64,000 nucleotides of DNA from an uncultured Acidobacteriota bacterium (GCA_963746905.1 CAVVCY010000003.1:629014-693013); one strand, 5' to 3'. Shown: positions 38,949-49,049, counted from the stretch's first letter. Numbers and translations: made by a program. The notes: generated by a model from the letters alone, not told the origin.

Positions 38949-39407
38949 CTAGGAGGCAACTCCGAACAAGACAGCGATCATGAACAGCCCCGCCGCGGAT
39001 GCCACCAGAACAAGGCCGACGCCGGCTGCCCGGGGCAATTTTGTCCAGGCAACAGCGCAGGCTGATGCCACCAGGGCGAACAAGGCGAATAAGAGGACGA
39101 GGGGTGCCACTGAGTTATGAACGAAGTGGAGCCCGGGCACCTCCGAGGTCACCTGGTCGTCATAACCGAAGGCGCCGAGGGCATCGAGGTACCAAGCGGC
39201 AGACACTGCCCAACCGCTTCGCCACAGCCACAGGTTCGGGGTCGACACCGGACGCGGGATGAACCACATCACGGCAAGGATGGTGGCGGCGAAGGTGAGG
39301 TGGAAAAGGGCATGCCCGGCAACCTCGTCGCTTCCCATGCGCAGGATGACGAAAGCGATGGTCGTCAGTGCCACGACCAGGCCGAGGTAGATCCATCTGA
39401 GTTTCAT
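38949..39407 (-). CDS. Hypothetical membrane protein (about 4-5 TM helices)
   Basis: 152-aa hydrophobic ORF. No motif recognised. Confidence 0.5.
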   Translation of the reverse strand: MKLRWIYLGLVVALTTIAFVILRMGSDEVAGHALFHLTFAATILAVMWFIPRPVSTPNLWLWRSGWAVSAAWYLDALGAFGYDDQVTSEVPGLHFVHNSVAPLVLLFALFALVASACAVAWTKLPRAAGVGLVLVASAAGLFMIAVLFGVAS

Positions 39408-39515
39408 GCCATACAGACGAAGGCCCGACCTGGTTGGGTGACACCTCTTTGGCGCCGAGTTAGAGCAGGCCCCGACCTCTAGTACTCTCCGGCACCCCCG
39501 CGTAAGGAGCCGGTT

Positions 39516-41828
39516 TTGTTCGCCAGTCTTGGCCGTTGGTGTTTCCGCAACCGTGGCAAGGTCGCCATCGGTTGGCTAGCTGCCCTCATTCTCGGCGGTG
39601 TCCTTACCAATGCACTGATCGGCACGGCCTACAGCACCGAATTCGCCCTCCCCGACGTCGAAAGCAAGCGTGGCTTTGACATCCTCGAGGAGCACTTCGC
39701 CGGATCCTCCGCGGGCAGCGAGGGCGGGACCATCGTGTTCTACGCCGAGCAGGGCGTCAACGATCCCGAGGTCCAGGCAGCGATGACCGAGTTCTTCGAT
39801 CAGGCCAGCCAGATCGAAGGGATCACCGTGATCAGCCCATACAGCCCCGAGGGAGCGCAACAGATTGCGTCACAAGGCCCTCAGGCGGGCAAGATCGCAT
39901 ATGCTCAAATCGGCGTCTCTCGTGATACCACGCTCGAGCAGGCCGCCGATTTATCTGCCCAGCTCACGGAGCTGATGCCGGAGATCGAAGGGCTCCAGAT
40001 CGAGCTCGGTGGTCAGATCTTCGCCGAGTTCGAGGTACCGAGCTCGGAGCTGCTCGGCATCGCCTTCGCCATCATCGTCTTGATCCTTGCCTTCGGGTCG
40101 GTGCTCGCCATGGGGCTGCCAATCGGGATCGCACTGGCCGGCATCGGGCTCGGCACCTCGCTGGCCGGTCTGCTCAGCAACGTGCTCTCGATCCCCGATT
40201 TTGCTTCCACCGTTGCGGTCATGCTCGGTCTCGGTGTCGGGATCGATTACGCCCTCTTCATCGTCACCCGGTACCGAGAGAACCTGCACGCCGGGGCTTC
40301 GATCGAGGAAGCAGCGGTGGTCGCCATGGACACGGCCGGTCGGGCCGTCACCTTTGCGGCGACCACAGTCGTCATCTCGTTGGTCGGCATGGTGCTGATG
40401 AATCTGGCATTCATCACCGGGATCGCCATCGCCTGCGCCACTGTGGTGGCAGTCACCGCCATCGCATCGCTCACGCTGCTCCCGGCCATGATCGGCTTTG
40501 CCGGAGAGCGGATCGAGGTAACACGGTGGCGCGGCCTCATCGCGGCTCTGCTGCTTGCCGTCGGCTTGGTCGGCGTGGCCATCGCTTTCCAGCCACTCGC
40601 CATTGTCGGCCTCGCTCTCGCTGGCGTGGTCGTCGTTGCCAGCTTTGCGCTCGCTCCGTTGCGGCGCGAGGTGCCGCGTCGGGCTCAGCGCCCACTCAAA
40701 GAGACCGTGCCTTACCGCTGGAGCCGTTTCATTCAGCACCGGCCCTGGCTGTCAGCCATCGCCGGCGTGGTGATCTTGCTGACACTTGCCTATCCGTTCC
40801 TCGACCAGCGGCTGGCTTTCTCCGATGAGGGCAACTACCCCGAGGAGTCGACCACCCGCCAGGCCTACGATCTCCTGGCGGCCGGTTTCGGTCCCGGGTT
40901 CAACGGCCCACTCCTGCTCGCGGTGGAGCTCCCTGAGGGCACCGATCCGGCAGATCTCGAGGCTGTGACCCAAGCCCTCGCCGCCGATCCGGGTGTGGCC
41001 TTCGTAACACCGGCCGTACCCAACGATCCCGAGGCGCCGACCGCCGCGTTGTGGAGATTGTTCCCCACCACCGCTCCCCAGGCGGAGGAGACCACCGACC
41101 TCGTGCTCCGGCTCCGTGATGAGGTGCTGCCTGAGGTCACCGAAGGCACCGGCCTCGACGTAGCTGTGTCGGGCGGGGTGGCGGCAGCGGTTGACTTCTC
41201 CGAATACCTCACCGATCGGCTTCCCATGTTCATCGGCGTCGTGCTCGCGCTGTCTTTTCTGTTGTTGATGCTGGTGTTCCGATCTTTGCTGGTCCCCCTC
41301 AAGGCGGTGATCATGAACCTGCTCTCCCTTGCCGCGGCGTTCGGGATCGTGACCGCGGTCTTTCAGTGGGGATGGGGGGGGAGCCTGCTTGGCATCGAGC
41401 CGGCACCGATCGAGCCCTTCGTTCCGATGATGATGTTCGCCATCATCTTCGGCCTGTCCATGGACTACGAAGTGTTCTTGCTTTCGAGGATCCGCGAGGA
41501 GTATCTCCGAAGCGGCGACAGCAGGGAGTCGGTTGCGGACGGGTTGGCCCTGACCGCAAGAGTCATCAGTGCCGCGGCTCTGATCATGGTTGTCGTCTTC
41601 GGCAGCTTCATTGGCGAGAGCAGCCGGGTCGTCAAGCTCTTTGGAGTGGGCCTCGCCAGCGCTGTCGCGGTGGACGCGACGATCGTTCGGATGCTGCTGG
41701 TTCCGGCGACGATGGAGCTGCTCGGCGATGCCAACTGGTGGCTGCCCAAGTGGCTCGACCGGATGCTGCCGAAGATCTCGGTGGAGGGCCATGCCCTCGA
41801 AGTGCCCTCGGAGATCGAAAGGGTCTGA
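39516..41828 (+). CDS. MMPL-family (RND superfamily) membrane transporter
   Basis: 770 aa with two 6-TM bundles, each followed by a periplasmic domain. Shows GVGIDYALFIVTRYRE and GLSMDYEVFLLSRIREEY, typical MMPL repeats. Confidence 0.9.
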   Translation: MFASLGRWCFRNRGKVAIGWLAALILGGVLTNALIGTAYSTEFALPDVESKRGFDILEEHFAGSSAGSEGGTIVFYAEQGVNDPEVQAAMTEFFDQASQIEGITVISPYSPEGAQQIASQGPQAGKIAYAQIGVSRDTTLEQAADLSAQLTELMPEIEGLQIELGGQIFAEFEVPSSELLGIAFAIIVLILAFGSVLAMGLPIGIALAGIGLGTSLAGLLSNVLSIPDFASTVAVMLGLGVGIDYALFIVTRYRENLHAGASIEEAAVVAMDTAGRAVTFAATTVVISLVGMVLMNLAFITGIAIACATVVAVTAIASLTLLPAMIGFAGERIEVTRWRGLIAALLLAVGLVGVAIAFQPLAIVGLALAGVVVVASFALAPLRREVPRRAQRPLKETVPYRWSRFIQHRPWLSAIAGVVILLTLAYPFLDQRLAFSDEGNYPEESTTRQAYDLLAAGFGPGFNGPLLLAVELPEGTDPADLEAVTQALAADPGVAFVTPAVPNDPEAPTAALWRLFPTTAPQAEETTDLVLRLRDEVLPEVTEGTGLDVAVSGGVAAAVDFSEYLTDRLPMFIGVVLALSFLLLMLVFRSLLVPLKAVIMNLLSLAAAFGIVTAVFQWGWGGSLLGIEPAPIEPFVPMMMFAIIFGLSMDYEVFLLSRIREEYLRSGDSRESVADGLALTARVISAAALIMVVVFGSFIGESSRVVKLFGVGLASAVAVDATIVRMLLVPATMELLGDANWWLPKWLDRMLPKISVEGHALEVPSEIERV

Positions 41829-41833
41829 CCTCC

Positions 41834-42187
41834 TCAGGCAGGCGTGAGAGCTGATCGCAGCTCAGAGGACTGAAACGGCTTGAGCAACCAGGAGTCGGCG
41901 CCGGCGCGTTTGGCAAGGAATTGATCTGCTGAACGGTCGAGGAGGAGCACCGTCCTCGGGCGGGGCCCGCCCTCGAAGGCGGCCTTGATGTCGCGGATCA
42001 CCGCCATGCCCCCCATGCTCTGAACCTGCATGTCGATGATCACGACATCTGCCCCGCTCTCGGCTGCTTTGGTGGCCGCCTGGGTCGGATCGTCCGAGGC
42101 CTCCACCTCCCAACCACCAATAGATAAGGAGGCGAGCACTTCGTTGAGAACCCACGGTGTGTCGCAGACGAGAAGTGCCTTGGGCAT
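41834..42187 (-). CDS. Single-domain response regulator (CheY-like receiver)
   Basis: 117 aa with ADVVIIDMQVQSMGGMAV and LLKPF. The N-terminal acidic pair is degenerate (LVCDTPW). Confidence 0.7.
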   Translation of the reverse strand: MPKALLVCDTPWVLNEVLASLSIGGWEVEASDDPTQAATKAAESGADVVIIDMQVQSMGGMAVIRDIKAAFEGGPRPRTVLLLDRSADQFLAKRAGADSWLLKPFQSSELRSALTPA

Positions 42188-42257
42188 CGGTGGGGGACGT
42201 TAGCCCACCGTCGGCGGCCGGATTTCTGGCCTCGATCCGCTTCTAACCTCAAACGTC

Positions 42258-43501
42258 GTGCGTCGATTCCTTCTCGCCCTGGCAATTCTCTTGGTCCTGG
42301 TTCCCCTGTCCGCCTCTCGCCGTCGAGGAATCGGGTGGGATCGATGTCATCGACGTCAGTGGCCCGCTCGACACGTCTGCCCTGGAATTCATGAAGGCTT
42401 CGATCGAGTCCGCCGCCGATCGGGGTCAGGTACTTAGCGGTGCTCCAAATCGACTCTCCGGCCGTGCTGGATGGCGATGCCCTGAAAGCGCTGAACGCAA
42501 CGGTCCAGAATCCACCGTTGCCGGTGGCGGTCTGGGTCGGCCCCGCTCCGGCGTTTGCCTACGGAGGTGTCGTGCACATCCTGCTCGCCTCTGATCACGT
42601 CGCCATCTCGCCTGGGTCCGAAATCGGCATCCAATCCCCGGTGGTTGCGGGCAGTGACGACCCAAGCGATTCCGCTCTTCTTCCGGAGGCGTTCCTCGGC
42701 GCGGTTCCCGCCGGAGGAGACCGGGCTCGATCTCCAGCCCACCATCCGTCAGTACCTCCAGGATCTCGACGGTGAGACTTTCCACACCGCGGCAGGGCCC
42801 GGTGGTGGTGGAGACCCTGAAGCCGTTCGAGGACGGGGTGACACTCAAGGACCGTCACCTTCCGTCAGCCGGGTCTGGCGATCCGCTTCTTCCGGTTGGC
42901 GGTGACTCCGGAGGCCGCCTTCTTCTTCTTGGTGATCGGGCTCACCATCGTTTCCTTCGAGTTCTTTGCCATGGGCCCCGGGGTGGCCGCCGGGGTGGCG
43001 TCGATCTGTCTGCTCCTCGCCGGATGGGGGATCGTCAATCTCCCGGTGCGCTGGTGGGCTCTTACCCTCGTCGTACTCGGATGGGCTTTGCTCACTGCTG
43101 CCTATCAGAAGGGCGGGGTGATCGTCCTCACCATCCTCGGAGCATTGTTGCTCCAAGTCGGGGGGATGTGGTTCGTCGACGGCTCGGGTCAAATCGATGC
43201 CCGGTGGTATCTGATCCTCCCTTCGGTGTTGGTCGTGCTGTTCTTCTTCCTCCTGGCGATGCCCACCGTGCAACGCGCCCGCTATTCGACGCAAACCATT
43301 GGCCGCGATTCCCTGATCGGTGAGACGGGGGTTGCTCGCGTTGGCCTCGATCCGGACGGGATCGTCGAGGTGCATGGCGCTCGTTGGCGGGCCACCAGCC
43401 ATCGTGAGGCAAGAGTGGCGACCGGCACCTCGGTGGTGGTCACCGGGGTCGACGGGCTCTTCCTCGAAGTGGACCGGGTTCCAACAGACCGCGAAAACTG
43501 A
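42258..43501 (+). pseudogene. NfeD-family membrane-bound serine protease (ClpP-class domain + TM region + OB-fold tail), frame broken 5 times
   Basis: Segments lie in successive +1 frames: VRRFLLALAILLVLVPLSA; VEESGGIDVIDVSGPLDTSALEFMKASIESA; AVLQIDSPAVLDG..VWVGPAPAFAYGG; ETGLDLQPTIRQYLQDLDG; VVVETLKPFEDG. The last is ORF 42896..43501 (TM helices plus GIVEVHGARWRATS..VVVTGVDGLFLEV). Shifts fall near 42320, 42436, 42714, 42801 and 42853. Confidence 0.7.
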
Positions 43502-43592
43502 TTTTCGTTGCTGGCAAAATCTTCCTTGTGGTCGACCCGCGTTCTGAGTAGGTTTCGACCGGTTGTCGCTTCAAAATACGGGAGGAGTCGAA

Positions 43593-43841
43593 TTGTCCCA
43601 CTTGGACGATTGGCAGCTTGACGCGCTGTGCCGTGGGAACCACGCCTATCTCTTCTTTCCCCCCTCGACCTTCGAGCGCAAGGACGAGCGGGAGCGTAGA
43701 GAGATGAAGGCAAAGGCCATCTGTGGGGTCTGTCCCGTGAGACAACCTTGCTCCGAACATGCGATCCAGATCCGAGAGCCATTCGGGATCTGGGGCGGAC
43801 TGACCGAAGTTGAGAGAAGGGTCATGCCCCTGGTCAGCTGA
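43593..43841 (+). CDS. WhiB-family transcriptional regulator
   Basis: ORF 43563..43841; likely start is TTG 43593, after GGGAGGAG. Four Cys residues (ALC..CGVCPVRQPC) plus GIWGGLTEVERR. Confidence 0.85.
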   Translation: MSHLDDWQLDALCRGNHAYLFFPPSTFERKDERERREMKAKAICGVCPVRQPCSEHAIQIREPFGIWGGLTEVERRVMPLVS

Positions 43842-43844
43842 CAA

Positions 43845-44549
43845 ATGGCAGTTGACCCGACGACACATCCCGTTCGGCCCCGCCCGGCAGCCAGTGTCCT
43901 CCTGGTTCGCGACGCCGAGCTCGGGCCCGAAGTCCTGATGGTGGAGCGGCCTGCCCGCGGATACTTCGGCGGGCTCCATGTGTTTCCTGGCGGTGGTGTG
44001 GATCCAGCGGACAACGGCCCACTGGCACGCGAGGTGGTTAGCGGGCCCGACCTTGACCATGGGTTTCGAGCTGCCGCGGTCAGGGAAGTAGCCGAGGAGG
44101 TCGGGATGGCTTTGACTCCTCATGGTGTATTCCCCTCTCCCGATCTCCGCGGAGAAGCACTCTTCGAGTCGTTCCAGGCAAACGGGTTGTCGCTCGATGG
44201 TGAAAGCCTGGTTCTCGTCTCGCGTTGGGTCACTCCGGCTCACGCCCCGGTTCGCTTCGACACCAGGTTCTACGTGGTCGGCGTGGGCGAGACCCCTCCC
44301 GTCAGGCTCGACGATGGCGAGTTGACGGGCTACGTGTGGGCATCGGCGGGGGAGCTGCTCGCGATGCATCGTCGGGAGGAGATGGAGCTGATCCTCCCAA
44401 CGCTGACTCACCTGCGATGGTTGACCCGCAGGACGGACGTGAAAGACGTGCTGGCATCCGCAATCGGGGCCGATGGGCGGACCCTGATCGAGCCCCGCGA
44501 GATGGACGATGGATCCTTGGTCCCGATTCACCTGCCGGCCGAACCGTGA
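43845..44549 (+). CDS. NUDIX hydrolase
   Basis: 234 aa with Nudix-box-like GGGVDPADNG..AAVREVAEEVGM. Confidence 0.75.
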   Translation: MAVDPTTHPVRPRPAASVLLVRDAELGPEVLMVERPARGYFGGLHVFPGGGVDPADNGPLAREVVSGPDLDHGFRAAAVREVAEEVGMALTPHGVFPSPDLRGEALFESFQANGLSLDGESLVLVSRWVTPAHAPVRFDTRFYVVGVGETPPVRLDDGELTGYVWASAGELLAMHRREEMELILPTLTHLRWLTRRTDVKDVLASAIGADGRTLIEPREMDDGSLVPIHLPAEP

Positions 44550-45325
44550 TCCGGATCGACCGGATACTGGCCAATAACGCCGGCCCCTTCACCGGGCCCG
44601 GGACCAACACCTGGCTCCTCGATGACGGTGGAGGTGAGGTGGCGATCATCGATCCCGGTCCGGTCGACGCGGCCCACCTCGATGCGATCCACGCTGCCCT
44701 TTCGGGACGTTCGGTGGTGGCGGTCATCGTCACCCACACTCATGAGGACCACGCCCCCATGGCCAACCCGCTGGCGCTCGATCTCGGGGTTCCTGCGCTC
44801 GGTTATGCCCCCGGGCCCGAGTTCGATCCGGACTTGAGACTCGAGGATGGAGGGCGGGTCGCCGTCGGAGCCACTTCCATCGAGGTGATCCATACACCCG
44901 GCCACTCCGACGACCACCTCTGTTTCCGGGTCGAAGATGTCCTTTTCACCGGTGACCACATCATGGGCGGGTCCTCGGTGATGGTGGAGAGCATGGGCCC
45001 TTACCTCGCCTCGCTCGAGAAGATCAGGGACACCGGCCTCCGCCGGCTCCATCCTGGCCACGGGGATGACATGGAGGATCCCGACAACGTGATCGACTGG
45101 TACCTCGCCCATCGCCTACAGCGGCACGAGCAGATATTCGACGCAATCAAGGCGGGGGCGAACACGCCGTGGGCGATCGTCGAGACCGTGTACAGCGACG
45201 TGGGAGCCCCTCTTCAATCGCTTGCTTTGCGCTCGGTCCAGGCCCACCTCACTTTGCTCACCGAGCAGGGACGGATAGCCTTCGAACACGGCGAGCTCGC
45301 CGTGGCGTCCCCTGAAACCCCTTGA
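44546..45325 (+). CDS. MBL-fold metallo-hydrolase
   Basis: GTG 44546 overlaps the NUDIX stop (GTGA). VTHTHEDHAP (HxHxDH) and HTPGHSDDH motifs. Confidence 0.85.
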   Translation: MIRIDRILANNAGPFTGPGTNTWLLDDGGGEVAIIDPGPVDAAHLDAIHAALSGRSVVAVIVTHTHEDHAPMANPLALDLGVPALGYAPGPEFDPDLRLEDGGRVAVGATSIEVIHTPGHSDDHLCFRVEDVLFTGDHIMGGSSVMVESMGPYLASLEKIRDTGLRRLHPGHGDDMEDPDNVIDWYLAHRLQRHEQIFDAIKAGANTPWAIVETVYSDVGAPLQSLALRSVQAHLTLLTEQGRIAFEHGELAVASPETP

Positions 45326-46464
45326 CCAAAGTTTTCCGCACTCTCGCTGCCTTACTTGTTGTGGTTCTCGCTCTGCCTGCCTATGCCGAGGTCACCGACG
45401 AGGACATTGATCGTGCCCGCGACCAAGTAGACGCCGTCCTTGCCGAGTCAGAGGCCCTCGGGATCCAGGTTCAGGAAGCCTGGGCCCGGCAATACGCCCT
45501 CGACAACGAGATTTCTGACCTGAAGACTTCGATCGACCTGGCCCATGCCCGGATCGCGGACACCGAAGCCAGACTCGAGGATGTCGCCGTGGAGATGTAC
45601 ATGGGCTCGACGCGATCAGCCTCGCTTCAGGTCCTCTTCTCGGATGGCACCGAGGGCTTCGGGGCAGGTCAGGAGTACCTCCAGGAGGTCTCGGGAGCCG
45701 ACCAGGACGTTGTCAGCCAGCTTCGCGCCTACCGATCCGAGCTCGACCGTCAGACCGGGCGCATGGCCGAAGCTTCGGCGGAGCAAGAGACGGTTACCGC
45801 AGATCTGGAGCGGATGGCAGGAGACCTCCAGACCGAGTTGGCCAAGGCCCAGAAGGTCTACGACCGTTTGGTGGGACAGCAGCAAGCCGAGGAAGAGGCC
45901 AGGAGGAAGGCGGAGGAGGAGGCTCGCCGACGCGCGGCCGAGGCTGCTCGAAATGCCACCACTACGACCACGGGCGGTGGTGGTTCGGGCAGGGGGGCCA
46001 CCACGACCACGGTGGGTGGTGGCGAGACCCCGACCGCGACGCCCAGCCCGCCACCGACGCCACCGAGCGGGGGCACCTGCCCGGTGGCAGGAGCGGTTTC
46101 CTTCACTGACTCCTACGGTGAGCCGCGATCGGGTGGCCGCGCTCATCGCGGTGTGGACATGATCGCTGCCAGGGGAACCCCGATCGTCGCCATCTACTCG
46201 GGGACGGTCAGGAGATACTCCACCAGCAGCCTGGGAGGGCTAACCATCTACTTCGTGTCGGACGACGGCGATATGTTCTATTACGCCCATCTCGACAGCT
46301 ACGGCGATGTGTCCGCAGGTCAGCACGTCGACCAGGGCCGGGTGCTTGGTTACAACGGGTCATCGGGGAATGCCCCGGAATGGCTGCCCCATCTCCACTT
46401 CGAGTGGCATCCTGGCGGGGGTGCAGCGGTCGACCCGTACCAGTTGGTCAGATCACTGTGCTGA
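45322..46464 (+). CDS. Secreted M23-family peptidoglycan metalloendopeptidase with N-terminal coiled coil
   Basis: Signal peptide LAALLVVVLALPAYA, then long coiled-coil and Thr/Gly/Pro linkers. M23 motifs HRGVDM and NAPEWLPHLHFEWH. Confidence 0.8.
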   Translation: MTKVFRTLAALLVVVLALPAYAEVTDEDIDRARDQVDAVLAESEALGIQVQEAWARQYALDNEISDLKTSIDLAHARIADTEARLEDVAVEMYMGSTRSASLQVLFSDGTEGFGAGQEYLQEVSGADQDVVSQLRAYRSELDRQTGRMAEASAEQETVTADLERMAGDLQTELAKAQKVYDRLVGQQQAEEEARRKAEEEARRRAAEAARNATTTTTGGGGSGRGATTTTVGGGETPTATPSPPPTPPSGGTCPVAGAVSFTDSYGEPRSGGRAHRGVDMIAARGTPIVAIYSGTVRRYSTSSLGGLTIYFVSDDGDMFYYAHLDSYGDVSAGQHVDQGRVLGYNGSSGNAPEWLPHLHFEWHPGGGAAVDPYQLVRSLC

Positions 46465-46471
46465 AGGCACG

Positions 46472-46499
46472 GAAAAAGGGCCCTTTTGGGCCCTCTTTC
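46472..46499 (+). terminator. Putative intrinsic terminator after the M23 peptidase gene
   Basis: AGGGCCC-TTTT-GGGCCCT stem-loop, flanked by A-rich sequence 5' and CTTTCC 3', located 8 nt after the stop. Confidence 0.6.
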
Positions 46500-46712
46500 C
46501 GAGGCCTCCCTCTCCCCAACCCCAACAGCCCACTTGGCACGTTCCTTGCATATCATTGACCACGGAGAGTGGTTAGGTAAGGACGATTCCTTAGACACCC
46601 GTCCGGACTAGTCCGTAGGTCCTGGCGGCCGGTGACAACTAAGTCCGTTCCTTGTCGACAGTCGCGATGCCAAATGGCACAATGCGAAAATCCGATCTGA
46701 GGAGAGAATGTC

Positions 46713-47366
46713 TTGAGCACCCAAGAGCCACCGGCTCCCCCACCTCCCTACGAGCCGCCGACTCCTCCACCGCCACCGGAGCCACCGGCCTCACCGCCAC
46801 CCCCACCGCCCATGGACCCACCGCCCGTGGAGCAACCGCCGATGGAGCCACCGGCCTCACCTGCGACTCCAGCACCTATGGAGCCACCGGCCTCGGCGCC
46901 GCCGCCTCCACCACCCTCGCCAACCCCTGCCGCGATACCACCCGCCGGTACGCCGTCCAACCTGGCCGACTGGGGAACGAGAGCCATCGGAGCTGTGATC
47001 GACTGGGCTCCCGTGATCATCCTCAGCGTCGTCCTCTACCGAGTTCTCTACTTCGGCGGTTTTCTCTGGCTCGCCTATTTGGCCTACCTCGGCCATCTCG
47101 AGGGCGTCACCGGTCAGACCCCTGGCAAGGCGATGCAAGGGACGAGGCTGGTCGATCAGAGCGGCGAGTTGTTAGGAAGTGGGCAGGGAATCGGGCGCAA
47201 ATTCCTCCACATCCTCGACAGCATCGTCTGTTATCTGGGCTGGTTTCTTCCGTTGGTGGACACCAAGCGGCAGACCATTGCCGACAAGGTGGTGAACAGC
47301 TACGTGGTGACCGGTGTCGAGAAGAAGCAGTTCAACGTGAACCTCTGGATGGTGCCGAAGTCGTAG
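46713..47366 (+). CDS. RDD-family membrane protein with Pro-rich N-terminal repeat region
   Basis: 217 aa. N-terminus reads PPPYEPPTPPPPPEPPASPPPPPPMDPPPVEQPPMEPPAS.. RDD core reads WGTRAIGAVIDW..GQTPGKAMQGTRLV..RKFLHILDS..RQTIADKVVNSYVV. Confidence 0.8.
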   Translation: MSTQEPPAPPPPYEPPTPPPPPEPPASPPPPPPMDPPPVEQPPMEPPASPATPAPMEPPASAPPPPPPSPTPAAIPPAGTPSNLADWGTRAIGAVIDWAPVIILSVVLYRVLYFGGFLWLAYLAYLGHLEGVTGQTPGKAMQGTRLVDQSGELLGSGQGIGRKFLHILDSIVCYLGWFLPLVDTKRQTIADKVVNSYVVTGVEKKQFNVNLWMVPKS

Positions 47367-47380
47367 ATACGTAGAACGTA

Positions 47381-47406
47381 GAGGTAGGCGCCTATGCGCC
47401 TACCTC
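47381..47406. terminator. Perfect 11-bp hairpin between convergent RDD and mrp genes
   Basis: GAGGTAGGCGC-CTAT-GCGCCTACCTC. The right arm overlaps the last codons of mrp. Confidence 0.5.
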
Positions 47407-48529
47407 CAGTCCTTCTAGGAGCTTGGCGATCCGCCCGGTACAGGTTTCGAGGTCTGCCGGCGGCACCAAGGTGACCAGGGTTTCCGCGGCCTGACGGAGG
47501 GCCTTGCCGGCGGCTGAATCCGTGCCCGACGCCACCACCGGCGACCCGTTGTCTCCACCAGGCACCACTTCGGGGTCGAGCGGGATCGAGGCGATCAGAG
47601 GCACCCCCAGGTCGTCGGCGAGCTCCTGGCCACCACCCTCGCCGAAGACTGTGTGGACCCGACCGCATTCACAGGCGAGACCGGCCATGTTCTCGATGAC
47701 TCCGACGATTGGCATGTGCGAGCGCCGGGCCATATCGGCGACACGGACTGCCACCTTCTGCGCGGCGCGTTGTGGGGTGGTCACCACGACCATCTCCGCC
47801 TGTGGGAGGAGACGGGTGAGAGCCATCTGAATATCCCCTGTTCCAGGCGGAAGATCGATCAACAAGTAATCGAGCTCACCCCAGTCGACCTGCTTGAGAA
47901 ACTGCTCGAGCGCCTTGGAAAGCATCAGGCCCCGCCACATGAGGGCGGTCTCTTCGGATTCGATGATCAGACCGGTCGAGACCAGCCTCACCCCCTGGGC
48001 ATCCACCGGCTCGATGAGCTTGGTGGCGTCGTCGGCATGCAGACGGTCCTCGACCCCCAGCATGCGAGGAGTGGAGAACCCCCAGATATCGGCGTCGAGC
48101 AAGCCAACCCGAAATCCGGCGCCGACCAGGGCCACCGACAGGTTCACCGCAATCGATGACTTGCCAACCCCTCCCTTGCCCGAGCCAATTGCGATCACTC
48201 GGGTGGTCGGCGAGACCTGGGTTGGCTCGGCGTTCTCCCGTACTCGCTGGCGGGCAACGGACATCAACCCCGCCCTCTGCTGCTTGGTCATCGCGGTGGT
48301 CCGTAGATTGAGCTCCTCCACTCCAGGCATGGACGAGAACCCGACGGCGGGTGTCGTTTTCGATCTGATTGCGCAGCGGGCATTCGGCAACAGTGAGGGC
48401 CAGGCCGACCTCGACGGTGGTTCCATGCACCTCGACGTCGGTGATCATCCCCAGTTCGACGACGTTGCCGCCCAATTCTGGATCGCGCACCCCTTCCAGG
48501 GTCTTGAGGACGTCTTCACGGGTCGGCAT
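47392..48529 (-). pseudogene. mrp: Mrp/ApbC Fe-S cluster carrier ATPase (DUF59 + ParA-like P-loop), frame interrupted once near 48350
   Basis: ORF 47876..48529 gives the DUF59 N-terminus (VLKTLEGVRDPELGGNVVELGMI..AECPLRNQIEND). The frame of ORF 47392..48426 continues AVGFSSMPGVEELNL..VIAIGSGKGGVGKSS..LLIDLPPGTGD. The switch is at a CCC run. Confidence 0.8.
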
Positions 48530-48614
48530 CAGCCCTCATGGTAAGAGGAGGGACCGGGATAGTCGCATCGCCGGCACTCCTTGCTGGTCCATGTGTGAAG
48601 GCGGGTTACAATGA

Positions 48615-48992
48615 GTGCAGGTAGAACTCATGACACAAATTCTCAGCATCAAATCCAGCCAGCCTCAGAAGACAGTCCTCTTGACCGACATCGCGATCGA
48701 CAAGGTTCGAGAGCTGATCCAGGCCGAGTCCGACACCGGTCTCGCCCTCCGGATGGCAGTCCGCCCCGGCGGCTGCAGTGGATTCTCATATGAGATGTAC
48801 TTCGATTCCCAGATCGATGCCACCGACATCGTCGAGGAGTTCGGGGATGTGAAAGTGGTCGTGGACCCGCAGAGCGCCGAGATGGTGCGTGGCGCCACCC
48901 TCGACTACAAAGATGGGCTGATGGAGACCGGGTTCTCGATCAACAACCCAAACGTCTCCCACACCTGCGGGTGTGGCAACTCCTTCTCCTGA
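48615..48992 (+). CDS. erpA: HesB/IscA/ErpA-family iron-sulfur cluster insertion protein
   Basis: 125 aa with LRMAVRPGGCSGFSY and C-terminal CGCGNSFS. Confidence 0.85.
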   Translation: MQVELMTQILSIKSSQPQKTVLLTDIAIDKVRELIQAESDTGLALRMAVRPGGCSGFSYEMYFDSQIDATDIVEEFGDVKVVVDPQSAEMVRGATLDYKDGLMETGFSINNPNVSHTCGCGNSFS

Positions 48993-49049
48993 AAAAGCCG
49001 CCCTTTTCGGTGGTGTAGGGTTCTCCGGTCATCGAATCAGGAGGAGTAA

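Noticed and set aside
38351-39407. tRNA-Pro followed by two small, less GC-rich membrane-protein genes: a possible integrated island.
   Set aside because: No integrase or mobility gene is present. I found no direct repeat of the tRNA 3' end downstream that could mark an att site.
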